A program made the translations under genes and the position numbers. Positions 17,085 to 26,558 of a DNA stretch of 64,000 nt are shown here, piece after piece (the first letter of the stretch is position 1; every line of letters begins with the position of its first letter). The stretch is taken from the sequence record SRR31156797_2854; one strand, written 5' to 3'. Under the pieces are notes generated by a model. The model saw only the letters and a program-made list of their open reading frames with translations. It searched no databases and was not told where the DNA came from.

Positions 17085-18122
17085 ATGCTAATTAATAAAA
17101 CAATCAACCGACTAACCGCTATCATGATCGCTATGGTCTTCGCATTTAACCTGTATGCGCAAACGGATGAATCTGTAATTGTAAACGTCGATAATTTTGT
17201 GCGCGCCGAAACAGCCTTTCAGTTCGATCGGGCACTCTCACTGGTTGAGGGTGGAGAAGTCAATAAATTCGTACACCTGCGCGAACCCACCCCTTTAGAC
17301 AAACAAAATGTTATTCGCATGAATCGGGACACCTACTACAGTGCTGCTATTGTTGATATTAGCGAGGGAGCAACACTTAGTATTCCAGAAACAAATGGAC
17401 GATATGTTTCAGTAATGGTAGTTAACGAAGATCACTATATTAACGAGATATATCATAAGGCGGGCACCTACAAACTAAGCATGAAAAAGTTTGGAACACC
17501 CTACGTTATGGTTTCCATTCGAACACTTGTAAATTCCTTCGATCCTGAGGATGTTAAAAAAGTATGGGCTATTCAGGATGGCATCACCATAAAAGCGAAA
17601 TCCGCCAAACCCTATACGCATCCAAATTACGAAAAAGCAAGCTATGAAGCTACCTATAAACCCTTGATTGAATTGAGCAGAGGAATGCCGGAAACTAAGG
17701 GAATGTTCGGAAAAGAAGAAGAAGTGGATAAAGTACGCCATTTGCTCGGGACAGCATTTGGATGGGGTGGTTTGCCTGAGTACGAGGCATTCTATCTTAC
17801 CATTGAGCCGAATCTTCCTGTAGGCGCCTATGAACTTACCGTTAAGGATGTTCCGGTGGACGCATTCTGGTCGATAAGCGTTTACAATAGTGAGGGCTAC
17901 TTTCAGGAAAATGAATACAAGGCCTATAGTGTGAATAATATTACGGGCACTCCCAACAAGGATGGTTCTTTTACCGTCCATTTTGGTGGTGATCCCAACA
18001 GCTCTAATTACCTGCATATTACCGAAGGCTGGAATTATACGGTTCGCTTGTATCAGCCACATAAGGAAATACTCGATGGGAAATGGGTTTTTCCGGATGT
18101 GAAACCCTTGAGCGACGAATAA
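17085..18122 (+). CDS. DUF1254/DUF1214 secreted protein
   Basis: VDNFVRAET, VIRMNRDTYYS, GWGGLP, AFWSISVYN and WNYTVRLYQP. Confidence 0.88.
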   Translation: MLINKTINRLTAIMIAMVFAFNLYAQTDESVIVNVDNFVRAETAFQFDRALSLVEGGEVNKFVHLREPTPLDKQNVIRMNRDTYYSAAIVDISEGATLSIPETNGRYVSVMVVNEDHYINEIYHKAGTYKLSMKKFGTPYVMVSIRTLVNSFDPEDVKKVWAIQDGITIKAKSAKPYTHPNYEKASYEATYKPLIELSRGMPETKGMFGKEEEVDKVRHLLGTAFGWGGLPEYEAFYLTIEPNLPVGAYELTVKDVPVDAFWSISVYNSEGYFQENEYKAYSVNNITGTPNKDGSFTVHFGGDPNSSNYLHITEGWNYTVRLYQPHKEILDGKWVFPDVKPLSDE

Positions 18123-18409
18123 AGAAGTTAGTCAAAAAGCAACGAGTAGCGCAAGAAAGAATCCGCCAATTGGAAAAGACAATTGAATCAGTAATGGCGA
18201 AAAGAAAGAGTAACGAATTAGCTACCCCGGTTGAGAACGCATCTGTCCAGGATACTGTAATCGAAAAAAGTTCAAAAAAGAAAACACACCAACGGGTCAG
18301 CGACTTTAAAGTTTATGGAGGTGATTCCACAAGTAAAATTATGGAAGTGCTCAAAAACCAGGATTCCAATTTAAGTCAGTTGGACCTTCGTTTAGGGTTC
18401 CGGTTTTAG
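18119..18409 (+). pseudogene. Probable remnant of an outer-membrane porin with an internal deletion
   Basis: Coiled-coil segment QERIRQLEKTIE joined to a beta-signal-like end LDLRLGFRF*. No convincing start or signal peptide. Confidence 0.4.
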
Positions 18410-18419
18410 TATTGCTGGT

Positions 18420-18488
18420 GATTTGGGCCCGGAGTGGCAGTGGCGCGTGAAGCCACAATCCCTATTACCAATAAGTATTTTCAAATGA
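18420..18488 (+). pseudogene. Orphan diverged copy of the 3' end of the 13583 OMP gene
   Basis: Reads DLGPEWQWRVKPQSLLPISIFK*, versus DFGPEWQWRFQAQILLPKTIFSKK* at 14336-14410. Confidence 0.8.
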
Positions 18489-18648
18489 AACAGGATTCCC
18501 CGGGAAAAAAAAACCTTATTATCCTCTGGCCCCGCAGGTATATGGCAATAAGGTTTGGTTTGATTACTTATCCTACATTTTTACTGAGGTTGAGGTGAAA
18601 AATAAAGTTTTCGCGGAAAGTCCGTGAATTTTTTAATCGTAACTGCGC

Positions 18649-18679
18649 AAAAAAAAAGGCCACTCAATTTGAGCAGCCT
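18649..18679 (-). terminator. Intrinsic terminator of the large T9SS gene
   Basis: Minus strand AGGCTGCTCA-aat-TGAGTGGCCT followed by a T run. Confidence 0.7.
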
Positions 18680-18709
18680 CCATAAATTAACTAACGTTTA
18701 TAAGAAAAT

Positions 18710-21700
18710 TTACTTGATTATTACTTTTTGTGTTTCCACCGATGTGCCGGTATTGATTTCGAGGAAATATACGCCGGGTTCGAAGGTACTGACATCCAGA
18801 TCCGTTTTACCAACAACAGACGTCTGTAAAAGTATCCTGCCACTTACGTCCAAAAGCAATACTGAGATATCATTTTCAATTTGGCTCATCTCGATTGTGA
18901 GCGTTGTGGTTGCAGGATTCGGATAAATATTGATGTTTGCTGATGAAAGATCACCCAATCCGGTTGTGCCGAGGGTAACAGCTTTCACGCTTGCAAAGCT
19001 GCCGTTAATGAACAGGCCGGTATTGTTGTCGAATGTTTGATCGTATTCCACATCAAGTGTAAATATTTCGCCGGTTGAACTGCGGTAAAATTCATAAGTA
19101 ACCGCTTCACCATCAGTAAAACCATTGGCATTGCCCGTGTAATCATCACCAAACAAAGTCATTGCAGCGGCAGCTTTGAGATTCCCGATGGTCATGTAAC
19201 CATAGAGCTTATTATTCTCGCCAAACGCACCAATCACATCACCTTGCTCAAAGTTTGCCATAGCTGATTCATCGATAGCAACCACCTGTGAAAGAGGCGT
19301 CATTTCAAGGGTTCCCCAGTTTGTGACAGCGCTGTTAACCCTTGCTAATACAGGGCCTGCAGCTTTGGCCATACATTCCGGGTATTCTATTGTAACCGGG
19401 TTTTCTACTTTGATTTTGTAAGCCAGTCCGGGAACGAGGTTTTCGAGCGTATAAATTTCCATATCGGGCCAGAAAATGCCGGTGCCGATCAGGTCCTGAA
19501 CAATCACAATATCATCCAGGATACTTCCAAAGAGATCCATGGCATCAACCCCGCAATCTGAAAGTACAGGTAAATAATGCCATCCGGCTTCCAATGTTAT
19601 GGCGTTGCCGGCCATTTCTTCGCCGGTAATTTCAAAGTCAACATCAGCGCTTACTTTCAGAGCATAACCTGAATAATTGTCGAAATCGCCAATGGTATTC
19701 ACACCCTGTGATGGCCAGTAAATATCGGTGAGGTTACGTGTGATAATGAGTTCGTTGAGCATCGGGGCATACAGATTTTCAACTGCAGCATCCGTTGGTA
19801 CCACATAAGCTGAAATGCTGTTCCATCCTTCGGTGAACATGTAGTTTTGATACAGCATATCCACGAGGCTTGTTAGCTGCGACAGGCCCAGGTCTGCAAA
19901 CATTCCCTGGTCGGGCATCTGCATATCATAAGTTGCCAGAGCCGTGTATTCCATGCCTTCGGTACACACATACATCATCCAGAAGAATTCTTCGCCGTCA
20001 GCAAAGCCGTCTTTTTCGGTGGTGGTAATGTCGTCGCCATAAGCACTTACGATGGCATTTCCGTTGGCATCAACCTGTGCAGCTCCGCCGCAAACCATAT
20101 TTCCATTGTCATCAGTATAGAAAACACCAACCCAGTCGCCTTCCTGCAACGGCATACCATTTACATTGGCGTTGGCCGATACAGGCACATTAATGGTGTG
20201 TACCGATCCGGTAACCATCACATCCCATGGTGAAGGACAGGCAACCATCATGGTAACAGGTACTGTTAATGCTGCATGATCAGGGTCAGATGAGGTAATC
20301 TCTATATCGGCATCATAAGTTCCAAGCGGAAGGCCGGTAGCATCCATATCCACAGACAAGGCCATGATTTCGGATGGAACAATCACGCCATCCACAGCTA
20401 CTTCACCACCAAGTGATAGCCAGTTCAATGCCGACATGGAAGCACGGAGTTTCACGTTGTCAATGGCAAAATATTTTCCACGGCTGTCAGGGCCTTCAAT
20501 ATAATTGAAACGTACTTTAAATTCAGTATTGGCATAAGCCGCTACATCGTAGCTCTTGTAAGCAGGTGAGTTATAAAATGAACCATCATCAGTCCATGAT
20601 TCATAAACCATGACCCAATCTGCACCATCATATACATAAGCCCTCGCTGTATCGCCGGCCTGCCAGTCGGCATCAAACACCATGTCGAATTCCAGGAGTA
20701 ATGTACCGTTAGCATACGCTGAGGCATCAACCGCCGGGCTGATCAGGTCGTCATACATGGTATTGGTAACCGGAGCATAGCCCTGTAAGCCGTCGGCAAA
20801 GGCAAAGCGGGTTCCGTCAAAGCTTTTACCATAAATGCCTGTAGTGTCATCCCAGGTAAACTCGCTGGTTCCGTTTTTCACGATGGTCCACGTTTCGGGA
20901 ATGCCCGCATCAAAGTTTTCATCAATCAGTTCAGTTTCGTCATACACAACCTGTGCTGTGTAACTTAACGGGAATGTACCGGTGTTCTCAAGATTCAAAT
21001 CCATGCTAACCAGCGGATCAGCGGGGCTTACAGTGGTTTCAACAGCCATTGGATCTACACCAAACTCAGGAGTTCCGATTGTTTCAATCGCTATATCATC
21101 AATATACCAACCGGCACCTTCAACCCAATCGTTCGCTACAAGGCGGAACCTGATCTGAACATCTTCATAGGTGCTGTAATCTGAAAGGTTAAAATATTCT
21201 TTCTTCCATAAGTTATTGGCGGGTACACCACCTGCATCTAACCACTCATCATAAGAGAGTATATCAAAGCATGGGCCTTCAGGATTATTATACAATCCCT
21301 CTTCTCTGTAATACCCTGCACCAAAATAGCTGGATTCGGGAAGTTGGTCGAAGGTAGTTCCTCCATCGGTTGAAATCTCAACGTAGCAGTGATCGCTGTT
21401 GTCATCGGAAAAAGCCATATGCTGGAAGGTAAGCATCAGGTCGGCTTTAGCTGTAAAATCAAATGTGCCCAAAACATAGAGGGTATTTTCAGCATTACTT
21501 GCGTAAGCATTATGAACTGACTGGGTTCCGCTAACATAAAAATCAGTGGAAATCATCCAGTTTTGATTGTTATCCGGGCTGTTGCCGGTCATTCCCATGC
21601 CACTTTCAAAATCTTCTGCAAAAGGTAATGATACCATTGGGAAGGTTGTCAGGAAGGAAGCGGGGCCGCTCCAGTCGCTCATATCTCCGCCACCACAGTC

Positions 21701-23956
21701 TGCCATTACATAAACATCATAAGCCATACCTGCGGTTAATCCATCGAGCATTACACTTTGCTCACCTCCGTTGGGATCGTTTTGCGTATATTGATTTAAA
21801 TAAGTTTCCGTACCGGGGGTAAATCCTGATTCACCCACTTCAACAACCCAATCGGTGGAAGCGCCGGTTTCTGTCCAGTAAAACTGTGCACCGGTTTCAG
21901 TAATATTATCCACATACAAACCGGCTGGTGGCAGGCATGAAGGTAAAACATCCACACTAATGTCGTCAAGGTAAACCTGAAGATAACTCGAACCGTTGCT
22001 ATGCTTAAGGGCAATGTATTCATCAGTACCTGTATATGCGTTCAACCATACTTCAAACTCCTGATATGTAGTGGTTGTATTGACGGTTGTGAGCATGGTG
22101 TAGGTATTTTGATCAGTTGGATCAGTCATGGTACCAACCTCCAGGGTATAATTCCCCAGATTATTTTTTACCCAGAAGCGAACCATTTTTCCGGAAAGAT
22201 CATTTACAGGTGGTAATGCAAGAATGAGTGTTGAATTCTGATCCCAGCCATTATCCATTTGATAGCAATTGCTAAAGTCTACCCCATTGAAGCTTTGCAC
22301 CCCGTTGATTGTCCAGCCGTCGCCGGTTTGAACGATGCTGGTCCAGCATACAGGGATGTCAAGACTTGCATCAAAATTTTCGCTGAAAGGAACTTCAAAA
22401 TAATCACATGGAGTCATGAATGTCTCAGGACCTGCCCAGGCACTCACATCACCTCCACCGCAATCGGTTTGTACATAAAAATCATATTCTGTTGACGCAT
22501 CCAGTCCGGTAAGCTCGTATGGATTGGTTACACCTGAAATTGTTGGTGTACCTGTTGGGACAAATCCTGCGGGGCCATATTCGATATTCCATGCTGAAGC
22601 ACCATTCAGATCTGTCCAGTTCAGTGTAGCAGAGTTTATGGTAAGGTTATCTGCAAATATATCGATGGGTTTAATACATGATGGCAGGTTATCGATGGTG
22701 ATTTCATCGATATGAGCTTCCATGTATGTATTGTAGGCATCAAGTTTAAATGCAATATATGTATCTGTTCCTGTGTAATCCAAAAAATATACATCGTGCT
22801 CAATAATATAATCGTAAGCAATAAATGACTGATATTCCGTGTATGTGCTTTCATCCGTTGGGTCGCTCATCGTTCCTACAGAAACAAAAGGATAGCTAAA
22901 TCCCATCATGGAAAAGTTTACCACCTTATCAGCCAGTGACCCACCATTAAGTTCAATCTCCGGAGAAACAAAAATGAGTGTTGCATTCTGATCATCTGAA
23001 TTGGAAAACTTCAATGCCTGTGATCCACCCACACCGTAATAGTTGGAGGTTTCCACTGTAGCCGATCCGGAAGTGGAATTAACAATACTTTGCCAGCAGT
23101 AGGGCAGTTCAGGAATGGTTACAGTTTCAAAATCTTCGGTAAACGGTGTTTCGAATGGCCCGCATACGGTTGTAAATTGCCAAACTTCACCTTCGGTATA
23201 GCCATTGCCGTTTTTCGAAACCACCTGCCAGTAATACGTGGTGGTGAGGTCGAGTGTACCCGGATCGTAGCTACCCGTTGCTCCGGCCACAGCATCTTCA
23301 ACCACCTTGGTGGTTGGTGGATTATCGGTTCCGAAATAAAGGTCATACGTTTCTGTATCTGCACCAAAGTCCCATGTCAGGTCGCCATCTATTCCAACAT
23401 ATCCGGCTTCGCTTTCAGGAACAGGGTTTAGAGCCATTGCCGGATAACCTGCCGGGATATAGGTAATGGTCACTGTCCAGGTGTTGTTATCCACTTTCAC
23501 TGAGTCGGTGCTGCAGTAATCTGTATAATGGGTAGCTCCTGCATGCAGTTCAAACAGGATATCACCGCCACCCACAACGCCATTGGCCAGATCAAGTCCC
23601 AGACGTTCGTATGATGCCGTACCGGGATCATAAATCGAAGGGCCGTTTGTCATAGTAGCTTCAACTGTACCGCCGGGCGAAACACAACGAAAATGCGAAC
23701 GCTGTCTGTAAACAGCTGAGTTTTCGTCTGATGTCATGTCGTAAGCTACATCCACGCCGAGAATAGTTGCATCAACGGGGATGTTAACAGTGAGTTGTCC
23801 GGGACAATCGGAAGACTGGGTTCCGCTGTACCAGGTAAAATCCTTATCTGATTCGATATCACCCATGTCGTAGGTGGCCGAAGTTGTGCCCAATTGACCA
23901 AAGGCAAAGCCTGAGACGAGGAGGGCCAGTAATGATAGTAAACTTATTTTCTTCAT
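18710..23956 (-). CDS. Large T9SS-secreted surface protein (Fn3 and cleaved-adhesin-like domains, T9SS type A CTD)
   Basis: Signal peptide from MKKISLL (ATG 23956), repeated PF.E.FE jelly-roll modules and CxxP...W...YV.TDCGGGD.S.W.GP Fn3 units, and IYPNPA...GVYF...KVIIK. Confidence 0.85.
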   Translation of the reverse strand: MKKISLLSLLALLVSGFAFGQLGTTSATYDMGDIESDKDFTWYSGTQSSDCPGQLTVNIPVDATILGVDVAYDMTSDENSAVYRQRSHFRCVSPGGTVEATMTNGPSIYDPGTASYERLGLDLANGVVGGGDILFELHAGATHYTDYCSTDSVKVDNNTWTVTITYIPAGYPAMALNPVPESEAGYVGIDGDLTWDFGADTETYDLYFGTDNPPTTKVVEDAVAGATGSYDPGTLDLTTTYYWQVVSKNGNGYTEGEVWQFTTVCGPFETPFTEDFETVTIPELPYCWQSIVNSTSGSATVETSNYYGVGGSQALKFSNSDDQNATLIFVSPEIELNGGSLADKVVNFSMMGFSYPFVSVGTMSDPTDESTYTEYQSFIAYDYIIEHDVYFLDYTGTDTYIAFKLDAYNTYMEAHIDEITIDNLPSCIKPIDIFADNLTINSATLNWTDLNGASAWNIEYGPAGFVPTGTPTISGVTNPYELTGLDASTEYDFYVQTDCGGGDVSAWAGPETFMTPCDYFEVPFSENFDASLDIPVCWTSIVQTGDGWTINGVQSFNGVDFSNCYQMDNGWDQNSTLILALPPVNDLSGKMVRFWVKNNLGNYTLEVGTMTDPTDQNTYTMLTTVNTTTTYQEFEVWLNAYTGTDEYIALKHSNGSSYLQVYLDDISVDVLPSCLPPAGLYVDNITETGAQFYWTETGASTDWVVEVGESGFTPGTETYLNQYTQNDPNGGEQSVMLDGLTAGMAYDVYVMADCGGGDMSDWSGPASFLTTFPMVSLPFAEDFESGMGMTGNSPDNNQNWMISTDFYVSGTQSVHNAYASNAENTLYVLGTFDFTAKADLMLTFQHMAFSDDNSDHCYVEISTDGGTTFDQLPESSYFGAGYYREEGLYNNPEGPCFDILSYDEWLDAGGVPANNLWKKEYFNLSDYSTYEDVQIRFRLVANDWVEGAGWYIDDIAIETIGTPEFGVDPMAVETTVSPADPLVSMDLNLENTGTFPLSYTAQVVYDETELIDENFDAGIPETWTIVKNGTSEFTWDDTTGIYGKSFDGTRFAFADGLQGYAPVTNTMYDDLISPAVDASAYANGTLLLEFDMVFDADWQAGDTARAYVYDGADWVMVYESWTDDGSFYNSPAYKSYDVAAYANTEFKVRFNYIEGPDSRGKYFAIDNVKLRASMSALNWLSLGGEVAVDGVIVPSEIMALSVDMDATGLPLGTYDADIEITSSDPDHAALTVPVTMMVACPSPWDVMVTGSVHTINVPVSANANVNGMPLQEGDWVGVFYTDDNGNMVCGGAAQVDANGNAIVSAYGDDITTTEKDGFADGEEFFWMMYVCTEGMEYTALATYDMQMPDQGMFADLGLSQLTSLVDMLYQNYMFTEGWNSISAYVVPTDAAVENLYAPMLNELIITRNLTDIYWPSQGVNTIGDFDNYSGYALKVSADVDFEITGEEMAGNAITLEAGWHYLPVLSDCGVDAMDLFGSILDDIVIVQDLIGTGIFWPDMEIYTLENLVPGLAYKIKVENPVTIEYPECMAKAAGPVLARVNSAVTNWGTLEMTPLSQVVAIDESAMANFEQGDVIGAFGENNKLYGYMTIGNLKAAAAMTLFGDDYTGNANGFTDGEAVTYEFYRSSTGEIFTLDVEYDQTFDNNTGLFINGSFASVKAVTLGTTGLGDLSSANINIYPNPATTTLTIEMSQIENDISVLLLDVSGRILLQTSVVGKTDLDVSTFEPGVYFLEINTGTSVETQKVIIK

Positions 23957-24069
23957 TTTGATTGAATTTAATGAATAGAATGATTTGTTTATGAAATTTC
24001 GAAAAAGTCGCATTTGCATGATCTGATTTTCATTGTTTGGCGAAACTAAGCCACAACATTTTCAAACCG

Positions 24070-24123
24070 GTCTCATAACACCGAATGAGACAACTATAGT
24101 GGTCTCACAGGATAGATTGAGAC
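24070..24123. promoter_or_regulatory. Phased operator array GTCTCA-N10-TGAGAC-N10-GTCTCA-N10-TGAGAC
   Basis: Hexamers start at 24070, 24086, 24102 and 24118, upstream of a TAGTTTCG -7-like element (24041-24048, minus strand). Confidence 0.7.
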
Positions 24124-24428
24124 GCTGTAGAAGGACGGTAAATCTGAAAGAGTATAAAAAAGGAAGCGTTGGCTTTTTCAGCGACTTGGCAATGTGTATG
24201 GATGAGAGGGGGTGTACTTCAATATAAAAACAAATATTTAATCATTAATTTAAATCCGTTACCTGCTCCTTATTCTCCAATACTGTTTTCTCTGGAAATT
24301 GTCATAATTCAACGCCAGGCAACTAATTTGTTGGGCGACCCGATTAAAAAAAACATGACCGCAAACTCCATGGTTATATGCACGAATGGTTTCCTATTCG
24401 TCTTTCAGAAAAATTTATTTATCAGAGT

Positions 24429-25508
24429 CTACTCTTCATACAGCATTTCAATGTCATCCACAATAAGCACACTGCCAACAGCTCCGGCAAAATTTGCTCC
24501 ATCAAAGCTGGAGGAGGCAACAAAGGTGATATGTGTTGGTAAGGCGAAAGAAGCTGAATCGACACTGACATAAACATTGTCCGCCGGCTTCATGTAGTCA
24601 GGGAATGAATCATCAAGTTCTCCATAAGTAAAAGGAATCTCGATACTTGTCAAATCCCCTACCTCATCAGAGCTTCGGAACCATGCGGTGGCAAGGCGCT
24701 TTACGGCACCATTGAATCTGATTTCGAGGAAGGCATAAATGTCCAACATATCCGAATAGTTCAGCGCATTGCCTTCCCTGTCTTTGTTTTCCTCTCCTGC
24801 CTGATATTGGTATTGAAAACGGAGTTTGGCCGGCCGGCCTGTAAAGGGGGTTCCGAACTCAACAGCTGCCTGTGGATCTGTCGGATCCAGATTATCCGGA
24901 TTAAAAAAACCAGTGAACAACGAGCCTGCAGAAATTGGCATTCCCAATGAAGCCGGTATCAGCCCATTATAAAGTGTTTCCATTTTTGCCGCCTTGTTGC
25001 TTTCGCCAAGGTCAAAAGGTGTAGTGGCCAGTTTGTTGAGTATTTGGGTTCCCGGGTTTCCGGTTCCCCAAACGGTTGATTCGGCGCTATTGCCGGGCTC
25101 ATAATAATCCGAAGCCGTTTGATACCATTCATCCAACTGCCAGTTATCCAACTGAGGATTTGCACTGGCAACGAAGGATTTTACAGTCCAAACATGTGTG
25201 CTACCATCTTCTGCAATAACTGTAATGGTTGCAGGATCATTCAGGTCAAGTTGATCTCCAACCGCTTTATCGGCTGATGCAAATGATGATACTTCCATGG
25301 TTTGTATGGTAATTGCCGAAAGATCGATGCCGCCGGGGATCTCAACCACCACAGTCATCGAATCGTTATTGATCGTGGCATTTCCTGCCTGATTGCTCAC
25401 CAAAAAAGATTTTATATTCCCATAGGGTGATAAACCAAAATAATCTTCTTTCACACATGAACTTGCGATTATAGCAAGCATCAGCATTATATTCAAAAGT
25501 CTTTTCAT
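24429..25508 (-). CDS. Lipoprotein with a PCMD (putative carbohydrate metabolism) domain
   Basis: Lipobox ASSC, WGTGNPG, AGSLFTG.F, FGTPFTGRP, PTHITFVASSS and GAVGSVLIVDD. Confidence 0.8.
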   Translation of the reverse strand: MKRLLNIMLMLAIIASSCVKEDYFGLSPYGNIKSFLVSNQAGNATINNDSMTVVVEIPGGIDLSAITIQTMEVSSFASADKAVGDQLDLNDPATITVIAEDGSTHVWTVKSFVASANPQLDNWQLDEWYQTASDYYEPGNSAESTVWGTGNPGTQILNKLATTPFDLGESNKAAKMETLYNGLIPASLGMPISAGSLFTGFFNPDNLDPTDPQAAVEFGTPFTGRPAKLRFQYQYQAGEENKDREGNALNYSDMLDIYAFLEIRFNGAVKRLATAWFRSSDEVGDLTSIEIPFTYGELDDSFPDYMKPADNVYVSVDSASFALPTHITFVASSSFDGANFAGAVGSVLIVDDIEMLYEE

Positions 25509-25531
25509 TTTCTGTTAAATTTAGTGTTATT

Positions 25532-26302
25532 TTATTTCTTTGAACCAAAATAATAGGATAATCCAAGGTTTAAGGATAAAAGATCAATTTTTGCGTCTAC
25601 TTTTTGATCCACTCTCCTTGATTCGGGGCCATTATTTGTGGACTGTTGTAAAACCGCCAGGTCATAACCGATAAGATTTAACTGCACTTCAAAAGCAAAA
25701 CTTTCCATGGCAAAGAATGTAATGCCCGGGCTTATTCCTGCCCTGAAATGAAATCCTTCGGTGTATTGTGTATTTACTTCATCAACCTTTTTAACATTCC
25801 TTGTAAGGGCTGAGGTGTAGCCGAAGGTAAGCCCTGTTTCTACGAAAAAACTCAGCCGCTCATTTTTAGTTAGCGGAAAGGATGGCCGGATGTTGGGGGT
25901 GAAATCAAACGATCTGGAAATGGAGTTGGACTGCAAAGTATCGGGATCACGGAATACCGTACCCTCAAATTTATCATGTTCATAGCTGAAATTAAAACCA
26001 ACCATTGTATAGTCGCTTATGTAGTATCCACTTTTAAGCTCGAGGTTGTAGTCAAGACTTTGCCCATCCACAACATTTTGTAAAAGTCCTGTCGTGTTTT
26101 CCTGCTGCAGGTCTTGCAGTGAAAAAGACAGGCCGATGTAAATATTTTTCTTTTTAAAAGGATTGAAACCATCGTTGTAATATTCCGACATGAGGTCATA
26201 GGCAGTATAGTTTTCGTCAGTATTTTCGTTCTGGGCAATCATGACTCCAGGAAATAATACTGCAAAAAAAAGGATACTAATGATTTTGTAATTGTTTCTC
26301 AT
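25532..26302 (-). CDS. Outer-membrane beta-barrel protein
   Basis: Signal peptide, alternating strands, GISPGITFF and terminal LGLSYYF. Confidence 0.75.
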   Translation of the reverse strand: MRNNYKIISILFFAVLFPGVMIAQNENTDENYTAYDLMSEYYNDGFNPFKKKNIYIGLSFSLQDLQQENTTGLLQNVVDGQSLDYNLELKSGYYISDYTMVGFNFSYEHDKFEGTVFRDPDTLQSNSISRSFDFTPNIRPSFPLTKNERLSFFVETGLTFGYTSALTRNVKKVDEVNTQYTEGFHFRAGISPGITFFAMESFAFEVQLNLIGYDLAVLQQSTNNGPESRRVDQKVDAKIDLLSLNLGLSYYFGSKK

Positions 26303-26558
26303 AATTATTATAGGTTGATAAAATACATTGATTTTTTCTATTAAAATCGATTTGCTTTTTGCAATTCAAAACAAAAATAAACGCTTCCTGAATTATTTCA
26401 TACTGTTCTATACTATCATTCAGGTTGTCAAATTCAAGTTGCAGCTGATTCAGATTAGAAATCATAAGGTACAGACTATCCTTTAAACTTGTATTGGATT
26501 CGATGAGTGACGAAGTATTTGAGTTGGTGTTAATTTTATAATAAAATAGTAAGGTCAA

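Noticed and set aside
17475-18062. 195-aa antisense ORF
   Set aside because: It is a shadow of the DUF1254/DUF1214 gene and has no recognisable motifs.
18511-18556. ncRNA or riboswitch at the AAACCTTATT...AATAAGGTTT inverted repeat
   Set aside because: It is a single AT-rich stem with no recognisable family motif, most simply the old terminator region of the orphan OMP tail.
24169-24573. 134-aa + strand ORF
   Set aside because: It has a non-ATG start, overlaps the PCMD gene antisense, and has low-information composition.
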